Below, one piece after another: positions 32,639 to 45,735 of a stretch of DNA of 64,000 bases (within the stretch, counting starts at the first letter, position 1; each line of letters begins with the position of its first letter). The stretch is from a virus. The position numbers were made by a program, and so were the translations under genes. The notes under the pieces were generated by a model that made no database searches, was not told the DNA's origin, and worked only from the letters and a program-made list of their open reading frames with translations. The stretch is from the IMG/VR virus record IMGVR_UViG_3300025133_000030, positions 64,001 through 128,000 of that record. The stretch is one strand, 5' to 3'.

Positions 32639-34249
32639 ATGGATATTGTATTTGTTTCTGATTTTTTCTTAAGGCAGGTAACTGGTGGGGCCGAATTGGC
32701 CGACGATTGTCTTATTAAGTATTTGGTAAATTTTAACAATAATGTTGAACTATGCTCAGCAAGAAACACCAAGTTTCTTTTCGAAACCATCAAATCAGAA
32801 AAAGAATACTATTATATAGTTTCTAATTTTACCAGCCTGTCGGAGGAGTCAAAACAGGCATTAATGACTCAGAAGTATTCTATATACGAACACGATCACA
32901 AATACCTACAAGAGCGAAACCCGTCCATATATAAAGATTTTCTGGCTCCTGAAAATCGAATAATAAATAGAAGGTTCTACAAGAACGCTCACCATGTGTT
33001 TTGTCAATCTAAGCTGCATGCCGAGGTTGTTGAAAAGAACTTAAAAATAGAAAATGTCGTAAATCTTGGATGCAGCATTTGGCACGAGCAGCACTTAAAT
33101 TCACTAAGAAACGCTATCGGCACAGAGAAGGTTGCCAAAGCTTGTATTCTTGATTCTGAAAATTCAATAAAAGGAAAAACACAAGCGATAGGTTATTGTA
33201 AAGACAATAAAGTGGAGTATGATTTAATTGGCTCCAGCAATTTCGACGAGTTCGTCGGCCAAATGGCGAAGTACGAAAGTCTGGTGTTCTTCCCTCAAGT
33301 GTTGGAGAGTTTCTGTAGATTGGCTATAGAAGCTAGGATTTTAGGCTGCAAGCTTGTCACGAATGAATTACTGGGGTGCACTTCTGAAGAATGGTTTCCG
33401 GAATATAAAGGCGAAGAGCTTCTTGATTTTATACAAAACAAACAGCTTGAAGTGGTATCTAGGTTTGTAGAATTAATCAAAAGTGATGTCGTCCGAAAAT
33501 CCGAGGTCGCCGATTTGACAGTTGTGTTGAATTCTTACCGCAGGCCATATAATTTGAAAATGCAGATAGAAGCCATTAATAGACAAACAGTAAGACCTAA
33601 ACAAATTTGGCTGTGGGTCAACGCCCATGAGGATAATGAGGGATTTGACTACAGTGAGTTAGGTGTAGATAGGATTTTCAACAACGACTATAATTGGAAG
33701 TTTTACGGTAGGTTTGCTGGAGCGTTGCTGGCAGATACTGAATATTTAGCAATTTTTGATGATGATACGATCCCCGGTGAGCGGTGGCTCGAAAACTGCT
33801 TAGAGACAATGGAAACTAATGAAGGTATTCTTGGTTCAGCCGGCATAATCCTCAACGACAAGTTCTATATTCAGCACGACCGCTGTGGTTGGCCCACACA
33901 AAACAGTGAAATAACAAGAGTAGACTTGGTAGGCCACGCTTGGTTTTTCAAACGAGAGTGGCTGTCTCACTTGTGGAGAGAAAAACCAACAACTTGGGAT
34001 AACGGCGAAGATATCCAATTCTCTTATTTGGCTCAGAAATACGGAAATATCCAAACCTACTGCCCTCCACACCCACCAGAAGATAAAAGCCTTCATGGAT
34101 CTGTTTTGGGCAACGAGTTGGGTATTGATATAAAAGCAACCTCAACTAACCAAGCGATATCACATCAGCGCTTTTTCAACGAAAGAGATATCTGTATTCA
34201 GACAGCGATCAAAGGTGGTTGGAAAACTGTGAAAGCAATTAAAGCATGA
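32639..34249 (+). CDS. Fused glycosyltransferase (GT-B-like N-terminal, GT-A/GT2-like C-terminal)
   Basis: GGAE, ESFCRLAIEARILGC; then NSYRR, FDDD, GED. Confidence 0.75.
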   Translation: MDIVFVSDFFLRQVTGGAELADDCLIKYLVNFNNNVELCSARNTKFLFETIKSEKEYYYIVSNFTSLSEESKQALMTQKYSIYEHDHKYLQERNPSIYKDFLAPENRIINRRFYKNAHHVFCQSKLHAEVVEKNLKIENVVNLGCSIWHEQHLNSLRNAIGTEKVAKACILDSENSIKGKTQAIGYCKDNKVEYDLIGSSNFDEFVGQMAKYESLVFFPQVLESFCRLAIEARILGCKLVTNELLGCTSEEWFPEYKGEELLDFIQNKQLEVVSRFVELIKSDVVRKSEVADLTVVLNSYRRPYNLKMQIEAINRQTVRPKQIWLWVNAHEDNEGFDYSELGVDRIFNNDYNWKFYGRFAGALLADTEYLAIFDDDTIPGERWLENCLETMETNEGILGSAGIILNDKFYIQHDRCGWPTQNSEITRVDLVGHAWFFKREWLSHLWREKPTTWDNGEDIQFSYLAQKYGNIQTYCPPHPPEDKSLHGSVLGNELGIDIKATSTNQAISHQRFFNERDICIQTAIKGGWKTVKAIKA

Positions 34250-34307
34250 CTTTTGATAATTTTAAAAACTTGCACAATGTTTTATTAATCAACAGGAATA
34301 TAAAATA

Positions 34308-35297
34308 ATGATTTTATTAAGTTTCGGAACCCGCCCAGAATTTATCAAGATAAAACCGGTAATAGAAAATTTAGAGATACCATACAAATTGTTGTTTACA
34401 GGTCAACATGAAGACTTGCTAAGTAATATAGAGGAAGAAGTGATCAAGCTTACCATCGACTCAGGCCAAAACCGGCTTGACTCTATAGTCTGTTCTATCT
34501 TAAACAAGGACGATATATTTGAAGGAGTAGATGCAGTAATGGTTCAAGGGGATACAACTTCCGCCTTTTCTGTTGCTCTCGCTGCTTATCATAGGGGAAT
34601 TAAAATAATTCACCTTGAAGCTGGGTTGAGATCGTTCAATAACAAGCACCCATTCCCGGAGGAGTTCAATCGAAGATCAATATCGTGCATGACCGATATA
34701 CACCTGTGTCCGACTAAGCATTCTGCGAAAAACTTAAGAGCAGAAAGTATAGATGGAATCATATATAACGTCGGTAACACTGCCTTAGATAATATAAAAG
34801 ATCTAAACAAAGTATACGGCCAGAAGATTCTAGTAACATTACATCGACGAGAGAACTTTCCGATAATAGAAGAGTGGTTTACTGAGATTAACCGATTAGC
34901 CGAAGAGCATCCTGAACTGGAATTCATCTTACCGATCCACCCAAACCCCTCTGTCAAGAGGCACGTTGGCCTATTGAAGAGCGTCAAGGTCGTAGAGCCA
35001 ATGGCCCACAGGGAGTTTCTGGAGCTTTTGGCCTCGTGTAAATTCGTGATAACTGATAGTGGTGGCCTGCAGGAAGAAAGCTCGTTTCTCAGGAAAAAGT
35101 GCATAGTGTGTAGAGAGACCACAGAACGTCCAGAGGGCGTACATAAGTTTGCTTGGTTAGCCAATCCTAAAAATCTTGAGAAGGTTTTCAACAGAGTCAA
35201 TAGGGACTTTGTTCCTCATTCTGTCTGTCCGTATGGAAACGGAAGGTCTGGACCGAAGATAAACAAAGTTTTGAAAAAGGAATTAGGTTATGAGTAA
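34308..35297 (+). CDS. wecB: UDP-N-acetylglucosamine 2-epimerase (non-hydrolysing)
   Basis: GTRPEFIK, TGQH, VQGDT, HLEAGLRS, PFPEE, HRREN, TDSGGLQEE, TERPEG. Confidence 0.92.
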   Translation: MILLSFGTRPEFIKIKPVIENLEIPYKLLFTGQHEDLLSNIEEEVIKLTIDSGQNRLDSIVCSILNKDDIFEGVDAVMVQGDTTSAFSVALAAYHRGIKIIHLEAGLRSFNNKHPFPEEFNRRSISCMTDIHLCPTKHSAKNLRAESIDGIIYNVGNTALDNIKDLNKVYGQKILVTLHRRENFPIIEEWFTEINRLAEEHPELEFILPIHPNPSVKRHVGLLKSVKVVEPMAHREFLELLASCKFVITDSGGLQEESSFLRKKCIVCRETTERPEGVHKFAWLANPKNLEKVFNRVNRDFVPHSVCPYGNGRSGPKINKVLKKELGYE

Positions 35298-36078
35298 GGA
35301 TTTTACAGAAGAGTTCGACAAATTGTTGGATAAATTGAAGACTGGTGAAAATTTTGCATTTGTTAGATTCTCTGATGGGGAAATGTTTATAATGCAGAAT
35401 AAGCAGGTCACTTTAGCGGAAAACCACTTTGTAACTGGCGACAGAAAAGGCGCAGGCAGATACCCTGCAGAGGAACAAAAGGAGTTTCTACCAGAAAAGC
35501 ATCAATTTTATAGAGAAAAATTAATAGATGCTTTAAAATTCTCAAAAGAGAATTATTTGAAGGGAATCTGCTGTAGGCAGGACGTAGGCGAAGAGGCATT
35601 TCAATGGCAAAAGGATCTCGCCGGCGGAAACGAGGAAAATTTAACTTTTGCAAACCTACTCATAAACAACAACTATAAAAGATTTGTTGAAGAGTTGGTT
35701 CCACTTTTGAGAGACAGGAAAGTTTTATATGTCGCTAACGAGGCAGCTGACACTGATCGGTTACCATTTGAGGTGAAAGAGGTTTTCTCTATTGGTTCTA
35801 ATTGTATGATAGATGACTATCATGTAGTAGAAGAGGTAAAGGAATATATCGAAAAGAACAATATCAAAGACCACGTTATATTGTGTTCCGCGGCCAGTCT
35901 CAGTAACTACATCATTCATGAGTGCTTCAAGGAGAACTCGGAAAACACCTTTCTAGATATAGGCAGTTGTTTAAATCCCTATCTTGGATTAGAGGGGTGG
36001 AAATATACGAGAGGATACTTGACACACTACTGGTTAAATAGCGGAAGTCCATATGGAACACAAATCGATACATGGTAG
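35290..36078 (+). CDS. GT-D-fold (DUF1792-like) glycosyltransferase
   Basis: FAFVRFSDGE and FLDIGS. Confidence 0.65.
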   Translation: MSKDFTEEFDKLLDKLKTGENFAFVRFSDGEMFIMQNKQVTLAENHFVTGDRKGAGRYPAEEQKEFLPEKHQFYREKLIDALKFSKENYLKGICCRQDVGEEAFQWQKDLAGGNEENLTFANLLINNNYKRFVEELVPLLRDRKVLYVANEAADTDRLPFEVKEVFSIGSNCMIDDYHVVEEVKEYIEKNNIKDHVILCSAASLSNYIIHECFKENSENTFLDIGSCLNPYLGLEGWKYTRGYLTHYWLNSGSPYGTQIDTW

Positions 36079-36475
36079 TCGTCTAACTCTCGTACCAAAC
36101 GAGGAAAAGTATTACTCATTCATACTAAATCTCAGGAACAACCCTGAAGTAAAACAGGGCTTTATAAATCAAGATCACATAGATATAGAATCTCATTTTA
36201 CATTTATGAAAAACTATGGTAGTATGTATTACATATGCTTGCTCGACGGAACACCTGCTGGGTTTGTCGGTCAAATAGATAAAGATATAAGAATCGCAAC
36301 ACACCCGGATTTTCAAGGCCGAGGTGTAGCGAGATTTATGATTGTAGAACTTATGAAGCTCCATCCTGACTCTATTGCTAAAGTAAAAGTGAAAAACCAA
36401 GCTAGCTTAAGGTTGTTTGAATCTTGTGGGTTTAAAAAGAGATATTTTATATTAGAGAAAGACAATGCTTCATAA
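36053..36475 (+). CDS. GNAT acetyltransferase (PseH-like)
   Basis: LRNNPEV, HPDFQGRGVA, NQASLRLFESCGF. Confidence 0.8.
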   Translation: MEHKSIHGSRLTLVPNEEKYYSFILNLRNNPEVKQGFINQDHIDIESHFTFMKNYGSMYYICLLDGTPAGFVGQIDKDIRIATHPDFQGRGVARFMIVELMKLHPDSIAKVKVKNQASLRLFESCGFKKRYFILEKDNAS

Positions 36476-37085
36476 TCCGTACAAAATAGTCAAAATGTTT
36501 GAAGAGGAAGTAGCTCACTATACTGGTGCACCATATGCTGTCTCTGTTAATAGTTGCACCAACGCGCTGTTTTTGGCCTGTATGTACGAAGAAGTACAAG
36601 GAAAAGAAGTAACAATACCTCAAAGAACATACATCTCAGTTCCACAATCGATAATATTAGCTGGTGGTAATCTCTCTTTTGAAGATTCCGAATGGAGGGG
36701 CATATATCAACTGAAGCCGTTTCCCATTTTCGACGCGGCCAAAAGATTCACTTCTAACATGTATATTCCCGGCACTCACATGTGCTTATCCTTTCATATA
36801 AAAAAGCATTTAAAGATAGGCAAAGGTGGAATGATCTTGACAGATAATCCCGAGGCGGTAAAGTGGCTTAAGAAAGCACGATATGAGGGCCGTACAGAGG
36901 GTGTAAGGTACCAAGAGGATAATATTGATATGATGGGGTGGAATATGTATATGACTCCGATACAGGCCGCCCATGGGCTGTCCCTCATGCAAAACTATCC
37001 GCAAGATGTACCTGACATACTAGAAGAGCCGCCATATCCAGATCTAAAAAAATTCCAGCTATTTAAGGACGTACCAGTAAGATGA
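36465..37085 (+). CDS. DegT/DnrJ/EryC1/StrS aminotransferase, short form
   Basis: FEEEVA, AVSVNSCTNAL, DAA, SFHIKKHL..GKGGMILT. Confidence 0.75.
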   Translation: MLHNPYKIVKMFEEEVAHYTGAPYAVSVNSCTNALFLACMYEEVQGKEVTIPQRTYISVPQSIILAGGNLSFEDSEWRGIYQLKPFPIFDAAKRFTSNMYIPGTHMCLSFHIKKHLKIGKGGMILTDNPEAVKWLKKARYEGRTEGVRYQEDNIDMMGWNMYMTPIQAAHGLSLMQNYPQDVPDILEEPPYPDLKKFQLFKDVPVR

Positions 37086-37780
37086 GTAAATTAATATTTG
37101 ATATAGGATGTAATCTAGGAGAATTCTTCGAAGCGTGTGTTCGAAAGTTTGGCCGAGACAATAGGTTTGTGGTTGTTGATGCAAACAAACAAATACTAGA
37201 CTATTGGTCTGCCCCGGGCATCGATGTGGTCAAAGTTAACGCAGTCGTCGCCAATGAGAGCGAAAGATCTGTACCATTTTTTATATCAATGGAGGATGGC
37301 ATATCCACAGCATCAGAAGATTTCATGCGCAATTCAAGATTTGCAAAAGGAAGTAAAAATCTTCCATTTGTTTCCAGATGGTGTGACCCTGTTTACGTGC
37401 CAACAATCACCATAGATAAACTAATAGAACTGCACGGCACCCCAGATATAATTAAGCTTGATATAGAAGGTTATGAACTTCAAGCCCTTCTTGGCCTCAC
37501 TAAAAAAGTAAATATGATATGTTTTGAGTGGAGTGAGGAGTTCCTCCCTGATTTAAAAAAGTGTATAAAGCACTTATCATCACTTGGGTACGAGAAGTTT
37601 GGAACAATAGGGTACTTCGACGAATTGCCAAATGATCTACCTTTGACGCACCATGACGCAGGAGATCCGTACTTGGTGGAGCCAGACAACTACGTATCAG
37701 CTGCAACATTGGTTGAATCTCTTGAATCCGTATGTAATATAGATAGGAGAGTAAATTACGGAATGTGTTTTTGTAAATGA
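37082..37780 (+). CDS. FkbM-family methyltransferase
   Basis: FDIGCNLG, TIDKLI, IKLDIEGYE. Confidence 0.85.
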   Translation: MSKLIFDIGCNLGEFFEACVRKFGRDNRFVVVDANKQILDYWSAPGIDVVKVNAVVANESERSVPFFISMEDGISTASEDFMRNSRFAKGSKNLPFVSRWCDPVYVPTITIDKLIELHGTPDIIKLDIEGYELQALLGLTKKVNMICFEWSEEFLPDLKKCIKHLSSLGYEKFGTIGYFDELPNDLPLTHHDAGDPYLVEPDNYVSAATLVESLESVCNIDRRVNYGMCFCK

Positions 37781-38664
37781 TTACTTTTTCTGAATTGGGA
37801 AGATATGGGAGGCTGGGAAATCAGTTATTCCAATATGCTGCAGTAAGGTCCTTGTCTTTGCAGAATGGTTATGAGTTGAAGATACCAGACCCATCAATGA
37901 TGCACTGGCATGGCCAACCGTGTCTATTGGGAGAATTTTCCATACCATGCGGATTCTTAGAAAAGACAGACGTTTCAAAAATAAAATATTTTTACGATGA
38001 GTCAGATCATATGAAGTATGATTTTAACTTCTATAAAATCCCAGACGCTACCAACGTCCGAGGCTTCTTTCAAAGTATGAAATATTTTGTAAAAAACGAA
38101 GATCAAATAAAAAAAGAATTAACCCCGAAAAAGAATCATCTTGATGCAGCAAAACAAAAATTAAAATCATACAAGGACAAATACCCAGATCACAAAATAG
38201 TAAGTGTTCATCTCCGCCGCGGCGATAACACCAACCACACAAACCCCAGCAAAGAACTGAACAACATGTATGGAACAAGCCAGATGGATGAAGACTCCTT
38301 TTACGGCGCCTATTTGAAAAAAGCATTTTCTGTATTTGCAAATCAGAATGTTAAGTATCTGATATTCTCAGGAGGTTCACGAGCTGAAGGCAATGATAAC
38401 TCCAGCGACCTAGAATGGTGCAAACAAAATATCACAGGTGAAAATATCTTGATAGCAGATCCTGCATCGACTATAGAAGATTTTAGTCTAATTACTTCAT
38501 GTGATCACAACATTATATCACCAATTAGTAGTTTTGGTTGGTGGGCCGCATATGTAAACAACAACGAAAACAAGATAGTGGTAGCGCCTGAGCGCTACCA
38601 CCCAGACATTCCAAATTACACACACAGAGAGGGTTTCTACCCGGAAACTTGGAGATTATTGTAA
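37777..38664 (+). CDS. GT11 alpha-1,2-fucosyltransferase-like protein
   Basis: GRLGNQLFQYA, GFFQSMKYF, SVHLRRGD, SSFGWWAAY. Confidence 0.88.
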   Translation: MITFSELGRYGRLGNQLFQYAAVRSLSLQNGYELKIPDPSMMHWHGQPCLLGEFSIPCGFLEKTDVSKIKYFYDESDHMKYDFNFYKIPDATNVRGFFQSMKYFVKNEDQIKKELTPKKNHLDAAKQKLKSYKDKYPDHKIVSVHLRRGDNTNHTNPSKELNNMYGTSQMDEDSFYGAYLKKAFSVFANQNVKYLIFSGGSRAEGNDNSSDLEWCKQNITGENILIADPASTIEDFSLITSCDHNIISPISSFGWWAAYVNNNENKIVVAPERYHPDIPNYTHREGFYPETWRLL

Positions 38665-38665
38665 A

Positions 38666-40303
38666 ATGAGAGCAGCAGAAGTTAAAAAACCAGTAAGAAT
38701 AGTCGGTTTTCATTCCGGCCATGATTGTGCATACTGTATATTGGAGGATGGAATTCCTATCATCCATGAAGAATATGAGAGAATCTCAAGAATAAAAGAA
38801 GGTAACGGCGACGCTTTAAAGCTATATTGGGAGAGACAAGAAGATCCTAAAGATATTCATTTTGCGCATGTAATGCACCAACCCGGTGGAGCAAAATCGA
38901 TATATCCAGAATCATGGAACGCAATGAAGAAAATAGTTGAAACCAGCGGTGGTCTCTATTCTGAGCCGGGGCACCATCAAGCCCACGCTGCCAATGCGTT
39001 CTTTACTAGTGATTTTGACAAGTCTCTAATAATAACTTTTGATGCTGGAGGTTGGGATTATACCCACTACGTTTCTTCAAAACTCTACGGGGCAATTATG
39101 GATGAGAAAAAGCCAGTAATCGTAACGACCTCAGCTTGGAGAGGGAAAGACAACATAATCTCACCAGTAATTTTGGAGCCGTGGACGGGTGTGAATATAG
39201 GGCACCTGTGGCACGATATTTTAAATCCCGTGTTTGGATTGTCTAGCGGCTCCCCAAAGGGAAATCAGGCGGGCACGCTCATGGCCATGGCATCGGTTGG
39301 AGACAAGTCCAAGTATCGCGATTTATTTAGGGACAATTTTCACCCAAATTATATATCGAATCATTTTGATTTCCTAAAGAAAGAACATGAGAATACAGAA
39401 CAAGCCAAGTATGATATCGCAGCAGCGCTTCAAGATGTAACAGAAGAGGTAATAAAAACTTTTATATCTGATCATATCTCGCCTGAAGACAAAAATATTT
39501 GTTTGGCAGGTGGGGTTTCTCTGAATTCTGTAGCTATAGGTAAAATATATGAGTGGTTTCCCCAAATTGAAAACATTTTCGTCCCACCAGCGCCATATGA
39601 CGCAGGTCTGGCCATCGGAGCAGCACAGTTTATGTACCATCAATTGATGGGATATCCTAGAATAAAGAATGGAGCTAACGCTTCTCCATATTTAGGGAAG
39701 ACATATAGCGAAAAAGATATATTGGAAGCGATAAATGACACGCAAGTAGAAATACAGAGCGTGGACTCCTCCGTAGACGACCTAGTAGAAAAACTTGCAG
39801 ACGGGAAAATAGTATCAGTATTTGCCAGTGGATCTGAATCAGGACGCCGAGCATTGGGTAATAGAAGTATTCTAGCAGATCCAAGAAGACCAGACATGAA
39901 AGATAAGATCAATGAAAAGGTTAAACACCGACAATGGTTCAGGCCATTTGCACCTAGCATTTTAGCTGAAGAGGTTAAGAATTGGTTTGTAAGAGACGTA
40001 GATAGCCCTTACATGTCTGTCGTTATACCTTTCAAAGAAGACGTTGTAGACAAGGTACCTGCAGTTGTTCATTTGGATGGGACTGGACGCCTACAAACAG
40101 TCACAGATAAAACTAATCCTTGGTATTATTCTTTCCTGAAAAAGTGGCACGGTCATTCTGGTGTGCCTATAATACTTAATACCAGTTTTAATGATAGGGA
40201 GCCAATTGTCGAAACTCCTCGTAACGCAATTGATTGTTTTCTCAAAACCAACATAGATTATCTATATTTTGTTGATTCTAAATTGATGATATCTAAAAAA
40301 TAA
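38666..40303 (+). CDS. Carbamoyltransferase, NodU/CmcH family
   Basis: HDCA, ERISRIK, HHQAHA, LAGGVSLNS, GRRALGNRSILADP, KHRQWFRPFAP, LNTSFN. Confidence 0.92.
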   Translation: MRAAEVKKPVRIVGFHSGHDCAYCILEDGIPIIHEEYERISRIKEGNGDALKLYWERQEDPKDIHFAHVMHQPGGAKSIYPESWNAMKKIVETSGGLYSEPGHHQAHAANAFFTSDFDKSLIITFDAGGWDYTHYVSSKLYGAIMDEKKPVIVTTSAWRGKDNIISPVILEPWTGVNIGHLWHDILNPVFGLSSGSPKGNQAGTLMAMASVGDKSKYRDLFRDNFHPNYISNHFDFLKKEHENTEQAKYDIAAALQDVTEEVIKTFISDHISPEDKNICLAGGVSLNSVAIGKIYEWFPQIENIFVPPAPYDAGLAIGAAQFMYHQLMGYPRIKNGANASPYLGKTYSEKDILEAINDTQVEIQSVDSSVDDLVEKLADGKIVSVFASGSESGRRALGNRSILADPRRPDMKDKINEKVKHRQWFRPFAPSILAEEVKNWFVRDVDSPYMSVVIPFKEDVVDKVPAVVHLDGTGRLQTVTDKTNPWYYSFLKKWHGHSGVPIILNTSFNDREPIVETPRNAIDCFLKTNIDYLYFVDSKLMISKK

Positions 40304-40304
40304 T

Positions 40305-40333
40305 TTGTATATCCGCGCAACTTGTGCTATAAT
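40305..40333 (+). promoter_or_regulatory. Sigma70-type promoter
   Basis: TTGTAT-17 bp-TATAAT with extended -10. Confidence 0.65.
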
Positions 40334-40356
40334 GATTTCAACAATGAGGTCTTAAC

Positions 40357-41312
40357 ATGAGTATATTTTGGAAAAATAAAAAAGTATTGGTAACTGGTGC
40401 CCATGGCTTTGTGGGTAAGAATTTAGTCGAACTTTTACTAGAGAAGAAAAAAGCAGTCGATTTCGAGTTGCTTATGCCGACGCACGAAGAGTTAGATCTT
40501 ACAAGAGAGATCGAGGTTAATTCTTATTTTGAATTAAATAAGCCAAACATTGTGTTGCACTTAGCAGGCAAGGTCGGAGGAATTGGAATAAACAAAGCCA
40601 AACCTGCCGAGTTCTTTTATGATAACATCATGATGGGCACCTTGGTCATGGACCAGTCCTGTAAGCATGGTGTTGAGAAGGTGGTGGCTCTCGCCGCCGG
40701 ATGTGGTTACCCAAAGATGCTAGAAGTGCCCTACACAGAAGAGGACTTTTGGCGCGATCTTCCTGATGAAAATTCAATTGGATACTCTATGGCCAAGAAG
40801 AATTTAATCATACAGTCTTGGACGTATAGAGAGCAATACGGGTTCAATTCAGTTGTATTACTTCCCGCTAATTTATATGGCCCACATGATAATTTTAATT
40901 TGGAGACTTCTCATGTCGTCCCAGCATTAATTAGAAAGTTTGTTGAAGCAGAAGAATCCGGAAATGATGTTGTTAGTGTTTGGGGCACCGGAGAGGCTTC
41001 GAGGGAATTCTTGTATTCTAAAGATACTGCGCAAGCAATATTGGATATCGCTGAGCGGGTTCATGAATCTGGGCCATTTAATTTGGGCACCGGTACAGAG
41101 ACGAGTATAAGAGATTTAGTACTCTCAATAAAGAAGGTTACTGGATATACGGGAAATATTGCTTGGGATTCGTCTAGGCCAGACGGCCAGCCCCGGAGAT
41201 TTTACGACATGTCTAAATTTAAAAAAGCCTTGGGGTACGTGCCAGACACTTCCGTAGAGGATGGCCTAACTAAGACCGTAAAGTGGTTTAAGGAAAATAG
41301 AGATAAAATAAA

Positions 41313-41316
<4 letters not shown>
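40357..41316 (+). CDS. fcl: GDP-L-fucose synthase-like protein
   Basis: TGAHGFVG, HLAGKVGGI, YSMAKK, NLYGPHDNF, SHVVPALIRK, WGTGEASREF, PDGQPRR. Confidence 0.85.
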
Positions 41317-43555
<2,239 letters not shown>

Positions 43556-43578
<23 letters not shown>

Positions 43579-43915
43579 GCACGTAGATAAAGGGTGGGGC
43601 TATGAAAAATGGATAGTAAACAAGCCAGAGTATTGCGGAAAGTTGTTGTTTTTTAGCGCTGGAAAAAAGTGTTCTTGGCATTTTCACAAACTTAAAGATG
43701 AAGTTTTTTATATACAATCTGGAAAGATTTTGGTAAAATATAGTGATCACGACGATATAAGCGAAGCCAAAGAGATAATACTAAATCCGGGAGACAATTT
43801 TCATGTGTATGTTGGATTGAGACACCAAATGGTTGCGTTAGAAGATACAGAGTTGTTCGAGTTTTCAACACAACATTTTGACGCAGATAGTCACAGAATT
43901 CAAAAGGGGGACTAA
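43556..43915 (+). CDS. Cupin protein (sugar isomerase-like)
   Basis: KGWGYE.W, SWHFHKLKDE, HQM, EFST. Confidence 0.8.
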
Positions 43916-44317
43916 GTGAGAAAATACCTACCAACTCTATCAGAATTGATAGATAGATTATCAATAGCACAACTCAAGGAGGTGTTCATAATAGATCACA
44001 AGGATGAATACTCCCAAGAGATATCAGACATTTGCCACGACATCGACCTGATATTATCAGACTCAGAGGAAGTCACAGCAGATACTATCCGTGCAATAGT
44101 GGTTTTGTCTCAAATGAACCTGCACATCTGGCATAATGAATCAAATTACAGAAAAGGCATCAAAGATGGCAACAACCTTGAACTAACTCACGGGTTAAAT
44201 GGAATTAGAAATACAGCTAAAAATAAAATTCAAGAAGTTGTCGGAGGGCGAAAAGATTACAAGATTGATTGTCTTGCAGCAGAATTCAAAGATTGGGAAA
44301 TAAGTTGGAAAAAATAA
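43916..44317 (+). CDS. Hypothetical helical protein
   Basis: SELIDRLSIAQLK...NLHIWHNE...NGIRN. Confidence 0.65.
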   Translation: MRKYLPTLSELIDRLSIAQLKEVFIIDHKDEYSQEISDICHDIDLILSDSEEVTADTIRAIVVLSQMNLHIWHNESNYRKGIKDGNNLELTHGLNGIRNTAKNKIQEVVGGRKDYKIDCLAAEFKDWEISWKK

Positions 44318-44601
44318 CACTTAAGGAATATTATAAATATTATTTAACCCTTCACGATAATCATATGTGTCGAAGAATGCATTTTATAGGCCAACTTGCA
44401 ACAATAATTTATATAATAGTGGCGATCCCGCAGAGTTTATTTCTGTTGCTTTTAGCTCCTTTTGTAGTTTATCCATTTGCATGGTATGGCCACTTTCGTT
44501 ATATGGGCAATACTCCAGCAGCCTTCACCGACCCAATTAAGGCAAAAATCTGCGATTGGATTATGTTCAGAGACATTATAACAGGAAAGTTGTCAGTATA
44601 A
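44305..44601 (+). CDS. DUF962/Mpo1-like membrane protein
   Basis: YYLTLH...RRMHFIG...FAWYGHF...N.PAAF..P....CDW.MF; start uncertain. Confidence 0.75.
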   Translation: MEKITLKEYYKYYLTLHDNHMCRRMHFIGQLATIIYIIVAIPQSLFLLLLAPFVVYPFAWYGHFRYMGNTPAAFTDPIKAKICDWIMFRDIITGKLSV

Positions 44602-44602
44602 G

Positions 44603-45346
44603 ATGAGAGTATTGGTTATAGGCGATAGTTGTCTGGATGTATATAAATATGGAGAGTGCGATAGGTTATGTCCTGCTGCTCCTGTGCCTGTGTTTGTGCC
44701 TCTGAATGAGAAGAGGAATTACGGCATGGCAGGGAATGTCTACAATAACTTAGAATCCTTAGGAGTAGCGTGCGACTTGGTTACAAATCAAGAGCAAGTA
44801 CTTAAAACCAGATTTGTCGATATATCATCAAACCACATGATAATGAGGATGGATCTAGGAGAGTCAGAAGTCAAACGAGTCTCAAATCTTCACAGGAGGT
44901 CGCTGAGTACCTTTGGTACAATAATAATATCAGATTATGATAAAGGTTTTTTAACCAGAGACGATATTAAGTTCATATGCGAAAATAACTCAAATGTTTT
45001 TATTGATACAAAGAAGATATTAGGCAATTGGTGCAGGGATGCTAGGTTTATAAAAATAAACCACCACGAATATAAAAGATCTATTCATTTTATAGAGGAA
45101 AATGATTGGGTACAAGAAAAGTTAATAATAACAAGAGGCTCTTCCGGTGCGGAACATAGGAATGAAACTTTTCCTGTAGAAAAGGTCGAAATTAAAGACC
45201 TTACAGGAGCAGGAGACACTTTCCTAGCAGGGTTAGTCTGTCAATTTGTCAAAACAGAAGACATAAGTGGATCTATAATTTTTGCGAATGAGTGTGCAAC
45301 AAAAGTAGTACAACAAAAGGGGGTTAACATATGTGGCGCAAAATAG
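44603..45346 (+). CDS. Heptose-7-phosphate kinase, RfaE/HldE domain I (PfkB family)
   Basis: [12 protein letters not shown]...[28 protein letters not shown]. Confidence 0.85.
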   Translation: MRVLVIGDSCLDVYKYGECDRLCPAAPVPVFVPLNEKRNYGMAGNVYNNLESLGVACDLVTNQEQVLKTRFVDISSNHMIMRMDLGESEVKRVSNLHRRSLSTFGTIIISDYDKGFLTRDDIKFICENNSNVFIDTKKILGNWCRDARFIKINHHEYKRSIHFIEENDWVQEKLIITRGSSGAEHRNETFPVEKVEIKDLTGAGDTFLAGLVCQFVKTEDISGSIIFANECATKVVQQKGVNICGAK

Positions 45347-45735
45347 AAGAGAAGAATGTCTGGGTAAACGGATGTTTTGATGTTCTCCATCGCGGCCACA
45401 TAGAAATGCTTAAATACGCGAAAAGTCTTGGAACTCATTTGACAGTCGGCATAGACTCTGATAATAGAGTTAAGTTAGCAAAAGGGCCCAACAGACCTTT
45501 TAATACTGAAGAAGATAGAAAATATATGTTAGAATCTATAAGCTGCGTAAATAAAGTTGTCGTTTTTGACACCGATGAAGAACTTAAGGAAAATATAAGA
45601 GAGAGCAATTCTTCCCTTATGATCGTAGGTTCGGATTGGCAAGGAAAAAAAGTGATAGGCGAAGAACTAGTAGAAAGCGTTTCTTTTTTCGATAGAGTTG
45701 GAGACTATTCCACTACAAAGATATTAGAATCATGA
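45331..45735 (+). CDS. Heptose-1-phosphate nucleotidyltransferase, RfaE domain II-like
   Basis: [29 protein letters not shown]. Confidence 0.85.
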   Translation: MWRKIEEKNVWVNGCFDVLHRGHIEMLKYAKSLGTHLTVGIDSDNRVKLAKGPNRPFNTEEDRKYMLESISCVNKVVVFDTDEELKENIRESNSSLMIVGSDWQGKKVIGEELVESVSFFDRVGDYSTTKILES

